Below, one piece after another: positions 32,154 through 44,134 of a stretch of 64,000 nucleotides of DNA. The translations under genes and the position numbers were made by a program. The DNA comes from Bdellovibrionales bacterium (GTDB taxonomy: Bacteria > Bdellovibrionota > Bdellovibrionia > Bdellovibrionales > JAUICD01). The first letter of the stretch is position 1, and the number at the start of each line of letters is the position of its first letter. The notes beneath the pieces are model-generated. The model made no database searches. It was given only the letters and a program-made list of their open reading frames with translations, and was not told the DNA's origin. The DNA is taken from positions 672,001 through 736,000 of the forward strand of contig OZ253553.1 in NCBI GenBank assembly GCA_965262715.1, given 5' to 3'.

Positions 32154-33317
32154 ATGAAAGGTCTCATAGATGATATAGAATTTATGAGTAGTTATCATAT
32201 TGCTATTATACTTTTAAGTATTTGTATAAGCGCGTGCACGCCGCGATCTGAAATGTTATTTTTAGATCCTTATAATGCTATTATTTCCGCCACTTCAGTT
32301 CATCAACAAAAGAGCTTTGCCTTAGATGTTCTTTTTGTTGTTGAAAGTTCAAATAATAATTTTTCAAATAAGAAGATTTTAAATGAACATATAGGATATT
32401 TTCTAAGAGTTTTACTCTCTCAGAAAAAAGTGATTGATTTTCATGTGGGATTTACTCTGGCATCTGCAAGTCTAGATTTTAGAAATCGGGCAGGTGGTTT
32501 TGAGTTTTTTATGAATGAAAATTTAGATGAGATGTTTCCTTCTGATATATTTTATGTAGAAACTGTTCAAAATGTTTTAGAAACAGATGGTATTAATAAT
32601 CAAAGTTTTTTTGATGGGGTTTTAAGAGTATTGAGTTCTAACAACGCTATAGAAAATGGATTTTACAGGGATGAAGCAGACTTGCTGCTTGTGTTTATAG
32701 GAGAAGACGATCAAAGTGATAATATGAATGCAAAGAGTTTAAGTCAAGAACTCTTAGAATTAAAAAAATATGAAAAAGATAAAGTGAATGTTTTGTCTAT
32801 TTACCCTATTGTGAACAAATGTCCTTCATCAGAAAATTTAAGTGTAAGGAATATCAAAGAACTTACAAGAATACTTAATGGTCATGTCCTTCATCTATGT
32901 GCTCCAATATTCGATAAATTACTGCAAGCTGCTCAAATAATCTATCAAAATGTAGCTTCTATACCTTTAACAAGAATACCTCTTTTGGAAACAGTAGCTC
33001 TTTGTCATGGTTCTAACACGATTTCTCAAGGCACTTTTGAAGGCTGGGTTTATTTACCACAAAGCAATAAAATTGCTTTAGCCTGGGATGTTTATTTTAA
33101 TTCTTCTTTTGATGATTCAGACGATCGACTTAATCTCCAAAGCACAAGGGACTCTAATTTTAGATTGTCTTGTAAGTCAAATAGATCATCAATAGATACC
33201 TCACCTCATTTATTTGACTTAACCTATATGTCGGCTTCTCCTTCTCACATCGCTAAAAACCTTTTATCTCTTAAAGAAAAGCCTGCCTCTGTTCCTTCAG
33301 AAGAAGGAAAAAAATAG
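32154..33317 (+). CDS. vWA-domain lipoprotein (CglB-like), degenerate MIDAS
   Basis: Lipobox ISAC; DVLFVVESS, DFHVG, GFYRDEA.L..VF...EDDQS, GW.Y....N.I. Confidence 0.7.
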   Translation: MKGLIDDIEFMSSYHIAIILLSICISACTPRSEMLFLDPYNAIISATSVHQQKSFALDVLFVVESSNNNFSNKKILNEHIGYFLRVLLSQKKVIDFHVGFTLASASLDFRNRAGGFEFFMNENLDEMFPSDIFYVETVQNVLETDGINNQSFFDGVLRVLSSNNAIENGFYRDEADLLLVFIGEDDQSDNMNAKSLSQELLELKKYEKDKVNVLSIYPIVNKCPSSENLSVRNIKELTRILNGHVLHLCAPIFDKLLQAAQIIYQNVASIPLTRIPLLETVALCHGSNTISQGTFEGWVYLPQSNKIALAWDVYFNSSFDDSDDRLNLQSTRDSNFRLSCKSNRSSIDTSPHLFDLTYMSASPSHIAKNLLSLKEKPASVPSEEGKK

Positions 33318-33377
33318 AAGATAATAAGTATTGTCAATAGAAGCAATAAAGAGTATGAATGGTAATAATAATAATAA

Positions 33378-33463
33378 GGAGAGATACCTAAGTGGCCAAC
33401 GGGGGCAGACTGTAAATCTGCTGGCTTTTGCCTTCGGAGGTTCGAATCCTCCTCTCTCCACCA
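33378..33463 (+). tRNA. tRNA-Tyr(GTA)
   Basis: GCAGA-CTGTAAA-TCTGC anticodon arm, GGTTCGAATCC, encoded CCA. Confidence 0.96.
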
Positions 33464-33492
33464 TTTTTACTGTTAAAACAATAAAGGCATAT

Positions 33493-34257
33493 ATGGATCA
33501 GGAAGTTAACACAGGTTATAGAAATCAAAAAAGAGGTGATAGAACACAAAGTCAAATTTTAAAATCCGTTTTGAAGGAGGCAAGTCAGGCAGATGCAGGG
33601 CTTGCTATTTTTGATTTAGATTCAACCCTTATAGATGTTCGACATCGAATGCTCCAGATTTTCAAAGATTTTGTGAATTTAGAGAGAATAAAAAAACTCT
33701 TTCCAAAGGCATTTGATGTGATTTCCAGCACATCATCTTTACTTCCTAGTAATTATTTTATTGAAGATCATATGAAGGATTTAAATTTAGATGGTTTAGG
33801 GGATGTTTTTATTGAGGAGCTTTTAAAGTTTTGGAAACAAAGTTTTTTTAATAACGATTATTTGAAACATGATCTTCCTTATCCTGGAGCTTTAGATTTT
33901 GTAAAGAAGATGCAAGATTATCCTATTAAAATTGTTTACTTAACAGGAAGAGATAAGCCAAGAATGGAAGAAGGAACTTACAAAAGTTTATTAAATCTAG
34001 GTTTTCCTATAGATGATACGCAGTTAATTCTTAAACCTCACAAGTCGATGGATGATGCTCTTTATAAAAAAGAAGTGATTTTTGAGTTTGATAAAAAACA
34101 TCAGCCTATTTGGTTTTTTGAAAATGAACCTTTTGTTGTCAATCCTGTTTTTGAAGAAGCTCCACATATCAATGTGATTTTTTTTGATAGCAATCACTCT
34201 CAAAGAGAAAAAGCTGCTAATTGCAAAATACCTTCTATCAAGTCTTTTTTATATTAG
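33493..34257 (+). CDS. HAD-superfamily acid phosphatase
   Basis: FDLDSTL, YLTGR, LKP, FENEP; start moved to 33493 because the longer ORF overlaps tRNA-Tyr. Confidence 0.85.
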   Translation: MDQEVNTGYRNQKRGDRTQSQILKSVLKEASQADAGLAIFDLDSTLIDVRHRMLQIFKDFVNLERIKKLFPKAFDVISSTSSLLPSNYFIEDHMKDLNLDGLGDVFIEELLKFWKQSFFNNDYLKHDLPYPGALDFVKKMQDYPIKIVYLTGRDKPRMEEGTYKSLLNLGFPIDDTQLILKPHKSMDDALYKKEVIFEFDKKHQPIWFFENEPFVVNPVFEEAPHINVIFFDSNHSQREKAANCKIPSIKSFLY

Positions 34258-34392
34258 AGATTGATTATTTATGTAATAAGTTCATTTTTAGGAATATCTA
34301 TGCATATTTTAAAGAGAATTTAAAAGAGTATGAGAAAAATACTTGACCAATGTTTATACACTGTATATACTTTATTTAGAAGAGGTATCGGC

Positions 34393-34632
34393 ATGGCTTT
34401 GAAGAAGTTACAAAAATGGGGAAATTCCATAGGTGTTCGAATTTCTAAATCTGTTATTCAAAAATTGAATTTAGAGGTTGGCTCTGAAATTGAAATAGAA
34501 CCTAAAAATGGAAGAATCATTATTACTCCATTGCAGAAAAAGCTTGTTCTTAATGACTTACTTTCTCAGGTCAATAAAGATAACCTTCACTCAGAGGAAG
34601 ACTTTGTTGCAGAAGGTCGAGAGATATGGTAA
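34393..34632 (+). CDS. mazE: MazE/AbrB antitoxin
   Basis: LQKWGNSIGVRI...L.DLL......NLH...G.EIW; upstream palindrome TATACActgTATA. Confidence 0.93.
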   Translation: MALKKLQKWGNSIGVRISKSVIQKLNLEVGSEIEIEPKNGRIIITPLQKKLVLNDLLSQVNKDNLHSEEDFVAEGREIW

Positions 34633-34961
34633 TGTCTTATATTCCAGCTAGAGGTGATTTAGTTTGGTTGAATTTTTCTCCACAAGTTGGATATGAGCAG
34701 AGGGGTAAGAGGCCAGCTATTGTGATTTCACCTAAGGTGTACAATCAAAAAACAGGTCTGGCATTATGTTGCCCTATATCTTCTCATAAAAAAGGTTATC
34801 CATTTGAAGTTCAGGTTTCTGCTAAAAAGATAAATGGTGTGATATTAGCTGACCATTTGAAAAACTTAGATTGGAAGGCAAGGAAAATAAAATTTATAGA
34901 AAGGGTTAGCTCTAAAGTCATTAGAGAGTGTATTGAAAAAATATTAGTCTTATTAAATTAA
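34626..34961 (+). CDS. mazF: MazF endoribonuclease toxin
   Basis: YIP.RGD.VWLNFSPQ.G.EQ.G.RPA.VISP..YN, KGYPFEV, LDWKAR. Confidence 0.95.
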   Translation: MVMSYIPARGDLVWLNFSPQVGYEQRGKRPAIVISPKVYNQKTGLALCCPISSHKKGYPFEVQVSAKKINGVILADHLKNLDWKARKIKFIERVSSKVIRECIEKILVLLN

Positions 34962-35084
34962 AGGCCTTATTGAAAAGGGTTAAAATATATATTTTATCTT
35001 GTTGCATAGAAGATATTCTATAGAGCCGACAGTAGGTTCTTAAAGCCTGTTACAAATCCTATATAGTTCTATAATGACATTTTC

Positions 35085-35528
35085 TGTCTTGAAATTTTGA
35101 GTTTAGTTCATAATACCTTAAGTTTTATTAAAACTAAGTTTCTAATGTATGGAGTTATCAAGGATTCCTTTGGTATGATATTTGCTAAGATTTAATAGTG
35201 CGTAACTTCAAATCAAGTTATAAACGGACCTATAAAATCATGTATATCTATAGATGCTTTAGGTATATTCAGAGAAGCGGTTGCAGAAATATCTGATCAG
35301 GTATCGCTTGGTAGAAATTATATTGAAGAGAATCTTGAGAAGCTTTATACAGAACTTTTTTCAAAAAACAAATTTTATGATTATGATGAGTTACACTATG
35401 AGGATGGTCATACACAATACACAGAAGTAGAGGATTTAAGTGAGTTTACTACTGTTGTAAATAATGATTTAATAGCTATTAAGCAAAAACTTCAACAACT
35501 TGCCAGAGATCAACAACAAAATCTTTAA
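35085..35528 (+). pseudogene. Internally deleted copy of the 37328-40065 metallopeptidase gene
   Basis: Upstream region resembles 37185-37310; 14 bp identical to the IS30 end (35201-35214) joined to the C-terminal coding part ending ARDQQQNL*. Confidence 0.75.
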
Positions 35529-35648
35529 TGATGCTTAGGCTTTGTTGCACAAACATTACCTTAGTTTATGTATTAGAGATTTGTGATAGGTGTCTTGAAG
35601 CAGCGGGCATGTACCTCTTGTGCCTTCTATTGCTTTCATTTTATGATT

Positions 35649-36515
35649 TCATTTTTTTACTTCTTCTGTGAGTTTATAAACTTGTGAGCGAGTTAATGTG
35701 CTTTGAGGAGATAGCTGTTGAGCAATCTCTTTAGAAGACTTATTTTGTTCTATCAATTGATGGATGTATTTTTTGATTTCTTCTTCGTTAAGTTTTTTTA
35801 GTTGAGGTGGACTATAAATAATAACAAACTCTCCTTTTGACTTTTGATTTAAAAACCCATCTTCAAAGTTGTCATAGAGATTTATCTCTTCAAAAGGTTT
35901 TGTTAGTTCTCTTTGAATACAGACAGACCGATTGGAAAAATACTTTTGGGCAGATTTTAAATGCTCTAATAATCTATGAGGTGATTCAAAAGCAACTAAA
36001 CTACAATTGTATGAGCTAATAGTTTGAAAAAGTTCATCGCGTTGTTTAGCTTTTTTAAGTGGAAAACCCATAAAATAATGATGATTGGATTGAAAAGGGG
36101 ATATAGACAGGGCTGCTGTTAAGGCAGAGGCTCCTGGGATAGGAATAACAGAGATGTTGTTTTGATAACATTGCATGATGATTTTGTATCCAGGGTCACT
36201 GATCTGGGGTGTTCCGGCCTCTGACACAAGAGCAACATCTTTTTTTGATTGCAGAGTTTGAAGCAGAAATGGAGCTTGACGAGCCTCATTGTATTTATGA
36301 TAGCTAATAATTTTTTGATGAGATGAGTTAGGCTTTGTTTGAGATTTAAAAGAATTTACAATTGACTGATGCTGGTTATAAAGTTTTTGAAAGCTTCTTG
36401 TATCTTCTGCCGCAATGATATCTACTTGACTTAAAATACGTAAAGCCCTTAAAGAGATATCTTCAATATGCCCTATAGGCAGTCCTACTACAAAGAGGTT
36501 TCCATTTGTGTCCAT
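35649..36515 (-). CDS. rsmI: 16S rRNA C1402 2'-O-methyltransferase
   Basis: PIG.IEDISLRAL, AAEDTR, VSEAGTPQISDPG, FESPHRL, RELTK.FEE. Confidence 0.95.
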   Translation of the reverse strand: MDTNGNLFVVGLPIGHIEDISLRALRILSQVDIIAAEDTRSFQKLYNQHQSIVNSFKSQTKPNSSHQKIISYHKYNEARQAPFLLQTLQSKKDVALVSEAGTPQISDPGYKIIMQCYQNNISVIPIPGASALTAALSISPFQSNHHYFMGFPLKKAKQRDELFQTISSYNCSLVAFESPHRLLEHLKSAQKYFSNRSVCIQRELTKPFEEINLYDNFEDGFLNQKSKGEFVIIYSPPQLKKLNEEEIKKYIHQLIEQNKSSKEIAQQLSPQSTLTRSQVYKLTEEVKK

Positions 36516-36786
36516 AGGGTGGAACTTATAACAGTATTTATTCTATTATACAAGGAAAGTTGATTTAAGAGCTAAGTCATGGTCTTTTCGACTTCACTCT
36601 TGTGATTCACTATTAATATGATATAGATCATCATTTGGCTTTTTCTAATAATAAACCGAGCTTTTTATTTGTCTCTTTTATGTCATTTCTCAAGTCGTCA
36701 ATCTTCTTATCTGTATCAGTGACATGATAAATTGATTTCTCTCTCTTTAGATTTATTGATAGCTTGCAGATATATAGTCGTTTTGT

Positions 36787-37057
36787 GCCTTGTTGTATAA
36801 ATATTTGGATGTGTTAGTTTAGAGGCTTGCCATAAGTGGCTTTTGACAGGCTTCTTCACTAGCAGCAGGCACCCCCCGAGCATTGAGTTTTCATTATTTT
36901 TATAATTGATTATAGAATAAAATTTCTTTTAAAATCTTTGTCTCATAATGCTCTGGCCTGAGCTAGTTCACAAGCCTGCCAAAAGCCACTTACTTATGAC
37001 ACCCTATGGTAACTTTCATACATTTACTTCTAAGATCAATATTTATGCAATAGTGCC
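36787..37057. repeat. Nested inverted-repeat MITE-like relic
   Basis: TAAGTGGCTTTTGACAGGCTT (36833) / AAGCCTGCCAAAAGCCACTTA (36972-36992) inside IS903-like end relics. Confidence 0.5.
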
Positions 37058-37327
37058 GTTGTTTTGTGGATGTTGGAGCTAATCAATATAATTGGCAACA
37101 CCAAGTCCCATAACAAACAAACTGGGAATGACATATAGATTTAGAAATAGAATATTTAAAAAAATAGTTTTTTAGGGATGTTTTTTGTCTTGAAATTTTG
37201 AGTTTATTATTATTATTCTTATAAAGGATTAGATGTTATCAAAAATTAGGGACTTGATGTGTAAATTTATTGAATATTCCCTGGAATTATATTTGCTTAG
37301 ATTCAATAATATTTATTTAGGGTAAGG

Positions 37328-40065
37328 ATGTGTATTATGTTAAAATATCTACCAGTTTTATTTACATTAATTTTATTGTCAAACACAGCTCTGAGCATTG
37401 AGGTAACTGAGCAGGAACTTGACCAATTTGTTCATAGATACTTAAATAATCATCTTAAAGATCATGACCAACATTGCCATGATGGGTACTGTTATCTTAG
37501 TACTTCACGTGGAAATATAGATGTATATTGGCGTAACTATGGGGATGAAGAAGATATAAGCAATCAAGAAGATACGAATGATAAAGAAGATATGAACGAT
37601 AAAGAAGATGTAAGCAATCATAATAGAATTAAAATAGAAATAGATAGAGCGCAAGAAATTGTCAAAGTGTTATTAAGGCAACATTTAGATTTGTTTGATT
37701 ATTTATCGGAGATTACAACACATCCTGAACTCCTACCTTATCTTGAAAAATATAAAGCTTTAAAAATGAGATTTACCTCAAAGCTTTTACCAACAAGTCT
37801 TAAAATAATTCTTGTTGGAAATCAGCATATTCCTCCTCATATTATTGAAAAGGGTGCCGGTGTAGCTCGCTGTGATTTTACAGAAGGTATAGTGTTAATT
37901 ACCTGACTTCGTGATTAAAGATATACACTACATTGCTTTTTTTTGATAAGCCTTGATATTTATCTTACAAAGCCCTTATATTTTAATAAGTTAAGCTATT
38001 TTAAAAAAAAAGTATATTTTTTAAAAAAGCTTGATTTTATGTTTGTAGTGTATAATATATACACTATGAGTTTTATAAGGAAAATTAAAAAAGGAAAAAA
38101 GATTTATCTAGCTGAGGTTGAAAACGAAAGAGTCAAAGGTAAGATTGTGCAAAGACACCTTCGTTATGTTGGAAAGATGGTGGATGATCAAACAGTGATA
38201 TCTACTTCTTCCAAAGACTTGCAAGTTGATAGTGTCAAGGTCTATGGACCTTTACTGGTTTTAAACAGGATTGCCAATAAAATACAGCTTTCAAAAATCT
38301 TAGGAAAATACTCAAATGAGATATTAAGCATGGTTTATGCTCATTGTTTAAACTATAAAAGCGTCAATAATATGCCTGATTGGTTTGCTAGAACAGACTT
38401 AAATGCTCTCTTAAACTTAGAAAATCTAACAGAAAGCCGACTACTTTCAGCATTTGACAGCTTGACTGAGGAAAAAATAGAAGCTCATCAAAGAAATATA
38501 TTTAATAGTGTTAAGAAAAAGTACAAATTATCTTCACGCGGGATTGTTTATGATGTGACCAACACATACCTTTATGGCACAAAATGTCAAATAGCCAAAT
38601 TAGGAAAAAGCAAAGATGGCAAAAAAGAAAGGCCATTGATTCAAATAGGTTTAGCTATAACACAGAAAGAGGGTATTCCTGTTTTCCATAAGACGTTCGA
38701 TGGCAATATCCATGATAGTAAGACTTTATTGGCTCTTGTGAAGCATTTTTCTGATTATGATCTTCATTCAGGGATTTTTATTTATGATCGTGGAGTGACG
38801 TCTGCAAAGAACTTGAAGTACATAGGAGGTTTAGGTTGGCAAACACTGTGTGGTCTTCCTATTAAATCAAAAGAGAAGGCTATCATCAAAAAGCTTTTGA
38901 AAGGTCATTCATTAGCAAAGATGTCAAATAGAGTTGTCATCAATAAAAGCAGTTTTTATGTGGAAACTGTCAATTATGAGTTTAGTGGTATAAAAGGGAA
39001 ATTGGCAATATGTTACAATGAGCGTAGGAAAGTAGATTTAAAGGAGTCTCGATATGATGAGATTTCACATGCTCAGAATTTACTTTCTCAAAACAAAGTC
39101 ATAAAAAGAGGACTGAAAAAATACCTAACCCCATCTGGTAGGATCCGACATGAAGAATTAGCAAAAGCAGAAGAGTTTGATGGCTATTCCTGTATCTTTT
39201 CCACAAAACATATTCCAAAGCAAGAGATGATAAGCTTATATTTTGACAAGGATATAGTGGAAAGGGCTTTTAAAACTCTCAAAGGGATCACTCATTTACG
39301 TCCTATTCGTCATTGGCTTTACAATAGAGTCATAGGCCATGTCTTCATTTGTTATCTCTCTTATCTTTTACTGTCCATTTTAAAGTTGAGTTTAAAAAAA
39401 CTTAATATCTCATCTGAAAAAGCTCTGACTGACTTAGAAAGTATGCATAAAGTTTATTTGTATGACAAAAGAAAAAAATATAAATTTGTTAAAACTGTTG
39501 CATTAACAAAACATCAAGAGAAACTCCTCAAAACAATAGACCCTAAATTAATTGCAGATGTGTAGTGTATACTTATGACCACGAAATCAGGTTAATTAAT
39601 GTGAATAGCTGGAATAGTTGTATGAAATTTGATGATGTATTTAGTGAATTTCTTATTTTTCATGAAATAGCACATTGTGATTTAAAAAGAGTACATAATG
39701 ATGATGGAGGGGATAATGTTCTTTCTTTTATGGACCAATTTTTAATAGGACATTCTTTAAAGCAAGTTATAAACGGACCTATAGAATTGTGTGAGTCTAT
39801 AGATGCCTTGGATGTATTCAAAAAAATGTCTGATCCAGCATCTTTTAATAGAGATTATATTGAAGACAACTTTGAAGAGCTTTATACAGAACTTTTTTCA
39901 AAAGATAAGTTTTATGATTATGATGAGTCACATTATGAAGATGATCATACACAATATACAGAAGTAGAAGATTTAAGTGAATTTACCACTGTTGTAAATA
40001 ATGATTTAATAGCTATTAAGCAAAAACTTCAACGACTTGCCAGAGACCAACAACAAAATCTTTGA
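37328..40065 (+). pseudogene. Secreted HExxH metallopeptidase-like gene interrupted by IS1634
   Basis: Rejoined GIVLI|NVNSW matches paralog GIVLINTNSW; IFHEIAHCDL.R.H. Confidence 0.85.
37902..39591 (+). mobile_element. Second, divergent IS1634-family element (transposase likely 38066-39565)
   Basis: Ends CCTGACTTCGTG / CACGAAATCAGG, subterminal TGTAGTGTATA repeats, 7-bp TSD TTAATTA; YDVT, YDRG, VERAFK.LKG...RPIRHW. Confidence 0.92.
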
Positions 40066-40359
40066 TGAGGTTTATATTAGAAGCCATCTCACAAATAAAT
40101 ATTTGCATTTTACAACATTCCTATTCCGGGATCTGGCAGTCAGGTAATCTGACATCAATATCAGACATTATTATTCGCGTTCCACCTTTGTGTTTGAAAG
40201 CGCTTTATGCTGACTACCCAAAAACTGCTAGAAGCTCGCCTCGAGAGGTAGGTTTATTTTTAGGGAAATGAAGGGGATTGTGAAACAAGCAATCTGAAAA
40301 TCAAAATTACATCACTATGCTTTGGTAACATATATTCTGAGGTAATTCGAGATATATGG

Positions 40360-41148
40360 AACAATCATAATGGAATTAAAATAAAAATAAAAACAGATAA
40401 AGCGCAAGAAATTGTCAAAACCTCTTTAAGACAACATTTAGATTTATTTGATCATTTATCAGAGATATCAACACATCCTGAAGTTTTGCCATACCTTGAA
40501 AGATATGAAACCTTAAAAATGAGGTTTGCCTTAAAGCCTTTGTCACTGGATCTTAAAATAATTCTTGTTGGGAATCAGCATATCTCTCCTCATTTTCTTG
40601 AAAGTAGCTATGGTGTAGCTCGGTGTGATTTTACAGAAGGTATAGTCCTCATCAATACAAACAGTTGGAATAGCTGTATAAAACATGATGATATTTTCAG
40701 TGAAATTCTTATTTTTCATGAAATGGCACATTGTGATTTAAGAAGAATGCATGATGATAAGAATGATGAAAATATCCCCTCTTTTATGGACCAACTTTTA
40801 GTAAATGATTTTATGAATCAAAGTTTAAATGGGCCTATAGAGTCATGTAAGTCTATGGATGCCTTAAATTTATTCGAAATGTTTGAGCAACAACCATATT
40901 TTGATAGAAATTATATCTTTGATAGAAATTATATTGAAGACAACCTTGAACAACTTTATGCAGAAATTTTTTCAAGAGATGACTTTTATTCTTATAAGGA
41001 AACGGAAGTGATGAGTAATGGTGATATTCATGATACTTATACAGAAGTAGAAGATTTAAGTGAATTCACCACAGTTGTAAATAATGATTTAATAGCTATT
41101 AAGCAAAAACTTCAACGACTTGCCAGAGATCAACAACAAAATCTTTGA
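40360..41148 (+). pseudogene. 5'-truncated tandem paralog of the metallopeptidase
   Basis: Frame homologous from ~40360 but lacks the signal peptide; IFHEMAHCDL; 3' end and downstream ~400 bp duplicated from ~39955-40348. Confidence 0.7.
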
Positions 41149-41566
41149 TGAGGTTTATATTAGAAGCCATCTCACAAATAAATATTTGCATTTTACAACA
41201 TCTCTATTCCGGGATTTAGCAGCCAGGTAATCTGACATCAGTATCAGGCATTATCATTCGCGTTCCACCTTTGTGTTTGAAAGCACTTTATGCTGAATGC
41301 CAAATAATATAAGAAGTGTAAAAGCCAATGATAAGAATGAGAAGAGACACGTCTCGAGAGGCTCGCCTCGAGAGGCAGGTTCATTTTTAGGGAAATGAAG
41401 GGGATTGTGAAACAAGCAATCTGAAAATCAAAATTATATCACTACGCTTTGGTAACATATATTCTGAGGTAATTCGTGAGATAATTCGCATTATATTACT
41501 TGACTTTAGTTAAGAAAAGTGTTGCTATCCTATTTTTAATCTCAAATCAAATTCAAAGGGATTTTT

Positions 41567-42118
41567 ATGAAACAATCGACTTTTAATTTAATAATAATGA
41601 TAGGATTTTTAGCAGTGATTACAGTTGCTTGTAATTTTAATTTTCAAAGACTTGAACCTACTCAAGTGGATTATACTTTAGATGAGGAATGTGATCGTAA
41701 TACTGTATCTTACCTTAGTAATGAAGAATTACCAGTACTTCAATATAACCTAGATCAACCATCTAATTATAGACTCACTGTTATAGAAGAGGGTTTTTAT
41801 CTTTTTCATAATGAATTTGTAGAACTTATAAACATAAATTTAGAAATAAATATAGGACATGGTACTCAAATTAGTGTTACTCAGTATAAGGAAGACTTTA
41901 TAAATAATCGTCCTAATGCATTAGTGAAATTTCAAAGAATAGATGAGGTTGAAGATGATAGTGATGTGGAGGTACGCCTAGTTCATCAAGAATTAAGTGA
42001 TGATGTAATTGCTGCAGCATTTATGATTTCTGATAGGAAAAATAATTGCGAAGATTCTTTGGACGTTTCTATCTCAAGAGATACTCTTCTTTTAAGAAAT
42101 GTTTTTATGGTAAGATAA
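41567..42118 (+). CDS. Hypothetical lipoprotein
   Basis: Lipobox TVAC. Confidence 0.7.
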   Translation: MKQSTFNLIIMIGFLAVITVACNFNFQRLEPTQVDYTLDEECDRNTVSYLSNEELPVLQYNLDQPSNYRLTVIEEGFYLFHNEFVELININLEINIGHGTQISVTQYKEDFINNRPNALVKFQRIDEVEDDSDVEVRLVHQELSDDVIAAAFMISDRKNNCEDSLDVSISRDTLLLRNVFMVR

Positions 42119-42350
42119 TCTTTAAAAAACAAATCAATATAAATTTGTAGCTCCTATTACACTTTATCAAAGTATAAGGAAGCCTTAAAACCATGTTGAA
42201 TTAGAACTTTAAATGTTTTTATATAAAAAAAATATGAAGATGTTCTTGAGAGCAATTTTTATCGGTGAAGTTTAGCATTGTGGACAAAACTTGACCATGG
42301 CATCTTATTTGTCTTTAATTAAGTGAATTTTTTATTATAGGGGATTTGTC

Positions 42351-44050
42351 ATGAAATTTAAATTGATATTACTCACATTTTTATTTATTTTTATTTCTCA
42401 ACCTGTATTTGCTCAAAATTATGATCATGAATTAGCAATGGCTAGTGAGAAACTTGATGCATGTTATTCTTCGTAACTTCAAATCGCAAGTGCAACTCTT
42501 TTGTGTTTATAGATATTTTTAAAAGTTGTATCACTTTAGGATTAATATTCCAACAAAGTTTTAATTATCATGAAAGATTATAGTAAATTATTTAATTTGA
42601 ATGAATGTATTTTGATGTTTATGGCAAAGTCTCGTAGTCCTCGAGCTAAAGCTCTGCGGAAGAACGATCCTTTGCCATAAACATCAAGCTGTCAAATAAG
42701 CATCTTCAGAAGTTATTATATATAAGTAAAATTAAATGGATAAACTATGAATAACTTCAGCAAACCATCTTTTGTCTATGAAACTCATTAGGGGTTAGAA
42801 AACCTAAACTCTTTCGAGGGCGATGGTTTAAAAGAGACTCAACCTTTTTTACATCCTTAGAGGTGACTTCTCTAAAATCTGTCTTCTTTGGAAAATACTG
42901 ACGGATTAAACCATTCGTGTTCTCATTTAAACCTCTCTGATATGAACTGTAAGGATGTGCAAAATAAACTTTACATCCAGTATATTCACTGATCTTCTCA
43001 TGACACGAAAACTCTTTACCATTATCCAAAGTCATTGTATGAACAACCTCTCCTTTAAGAGCTTTAGAAATAGCATGAAAAACTGCCTCAGATCTCTTAG
43101 ATTCTATTTTGACAATCCTCGTCTTCTTAGAACATCTATCTACCAGTGTGACTAAAGCTCCTTTATGATGTCTACCTATCATTAGATCACCTTCCCAGTC
43201 TCCTATCCGACTCTTCTTATCTACTATCTTAGGCCTTTTATCAATGCTCACTCTATTCTTTATCTGACCCCTTTTATCAAATCTACTTGTACCATATCGC
43301 TTCTTGCGTTGCCTCTGACATCTTAAAAATTTGTAGAGATCTCCTCCTGATTGCTTATCTCCAAGAATATGCTGATAAATACTCTCATGACTTATAGACA
43401 AACCTTTTGGTTTAAGAAAACCGGATATTTGTTCCGGACTCAAACGTTCACAAAGAAACCTCTCAAGCTTATTAATGACTTTTTGTGTTATCTTTATATG
43501 TCTATGAGAGTTTTGAAGACGATCGACTGCTTTTTCATGGGCTTGTTGAGGACGATAACCTCGCAAACCTTTGTTGCGATTCAATTCCCTATATATGGTG
43601 CTTTTATCTCGACCTACCTGAGTAGCAATTGAACTTATTGATTTTCCACTTTGCAAAAAAGCTAAAATCTGGTATCTCTCATGTTGGGTTAGATGAGTGT
43701 AATTGCTCATGGCATACTCCTTTCATTATTTAAAGAATTGATTAGAGTATTCCTCTAACCCGCTTTAAATAACTATGCAAGGAGTTGCACTTGCAACTTG
43801 AATCCACCCTTTGTCAATATCGCAACTTGGGTTTCACAAAGATTTGACAAATGCTTTTATCAATAGATATATTGATATGGCAATTCAAATGCATCGTGAA
43901 ATAATGAGTAAGTTTGGAAATAACAAAGATGAGGGAGCTATTGAGGCTTATACAAATAGTAGGCGTGTAATGTTAGTATTTGTTAATAGATTGCAAGATA
44001 GTATAGACGGCGTTAAAGAAATTTATGCTGAGGAAAGAAACGGTCCTTAA
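42351..44050 (+). pseudogene. Small secreted protein (~120 aa) interrupted by IS30
   Basis: MKFKLILLTFLFIFISQPVFAQ...ACYS rejoins in frame to LSISQLGF... after removing the IS and one CTT. Confidence 0.8.
42472..43808 (-). mobile_element. IS30-family element (transposase 42757-43710)
   Basis: 27-bp imperfect TIRs sharing GCAAGTGCAACTC, 3-bp TSD CTT; GDWEGD, DNGKEF, QRGLNENTNGLIRQYFPK. Confidence 0.95.
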
Positions 44051-44134
44051 TGATGGCTTTACATAAACATATATAATAGCTTTTTCTAAGCTGCTTACAT
44101 CAGTGAACATTACTAGCTTTTTCTAAGGTTAGTT

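Noticed and set aside
33331..33492. N-terminal extension of the HAD phosphatase ORF
   Set aside because: Reads through tRNA-Tyr; the real start is more likely 33493
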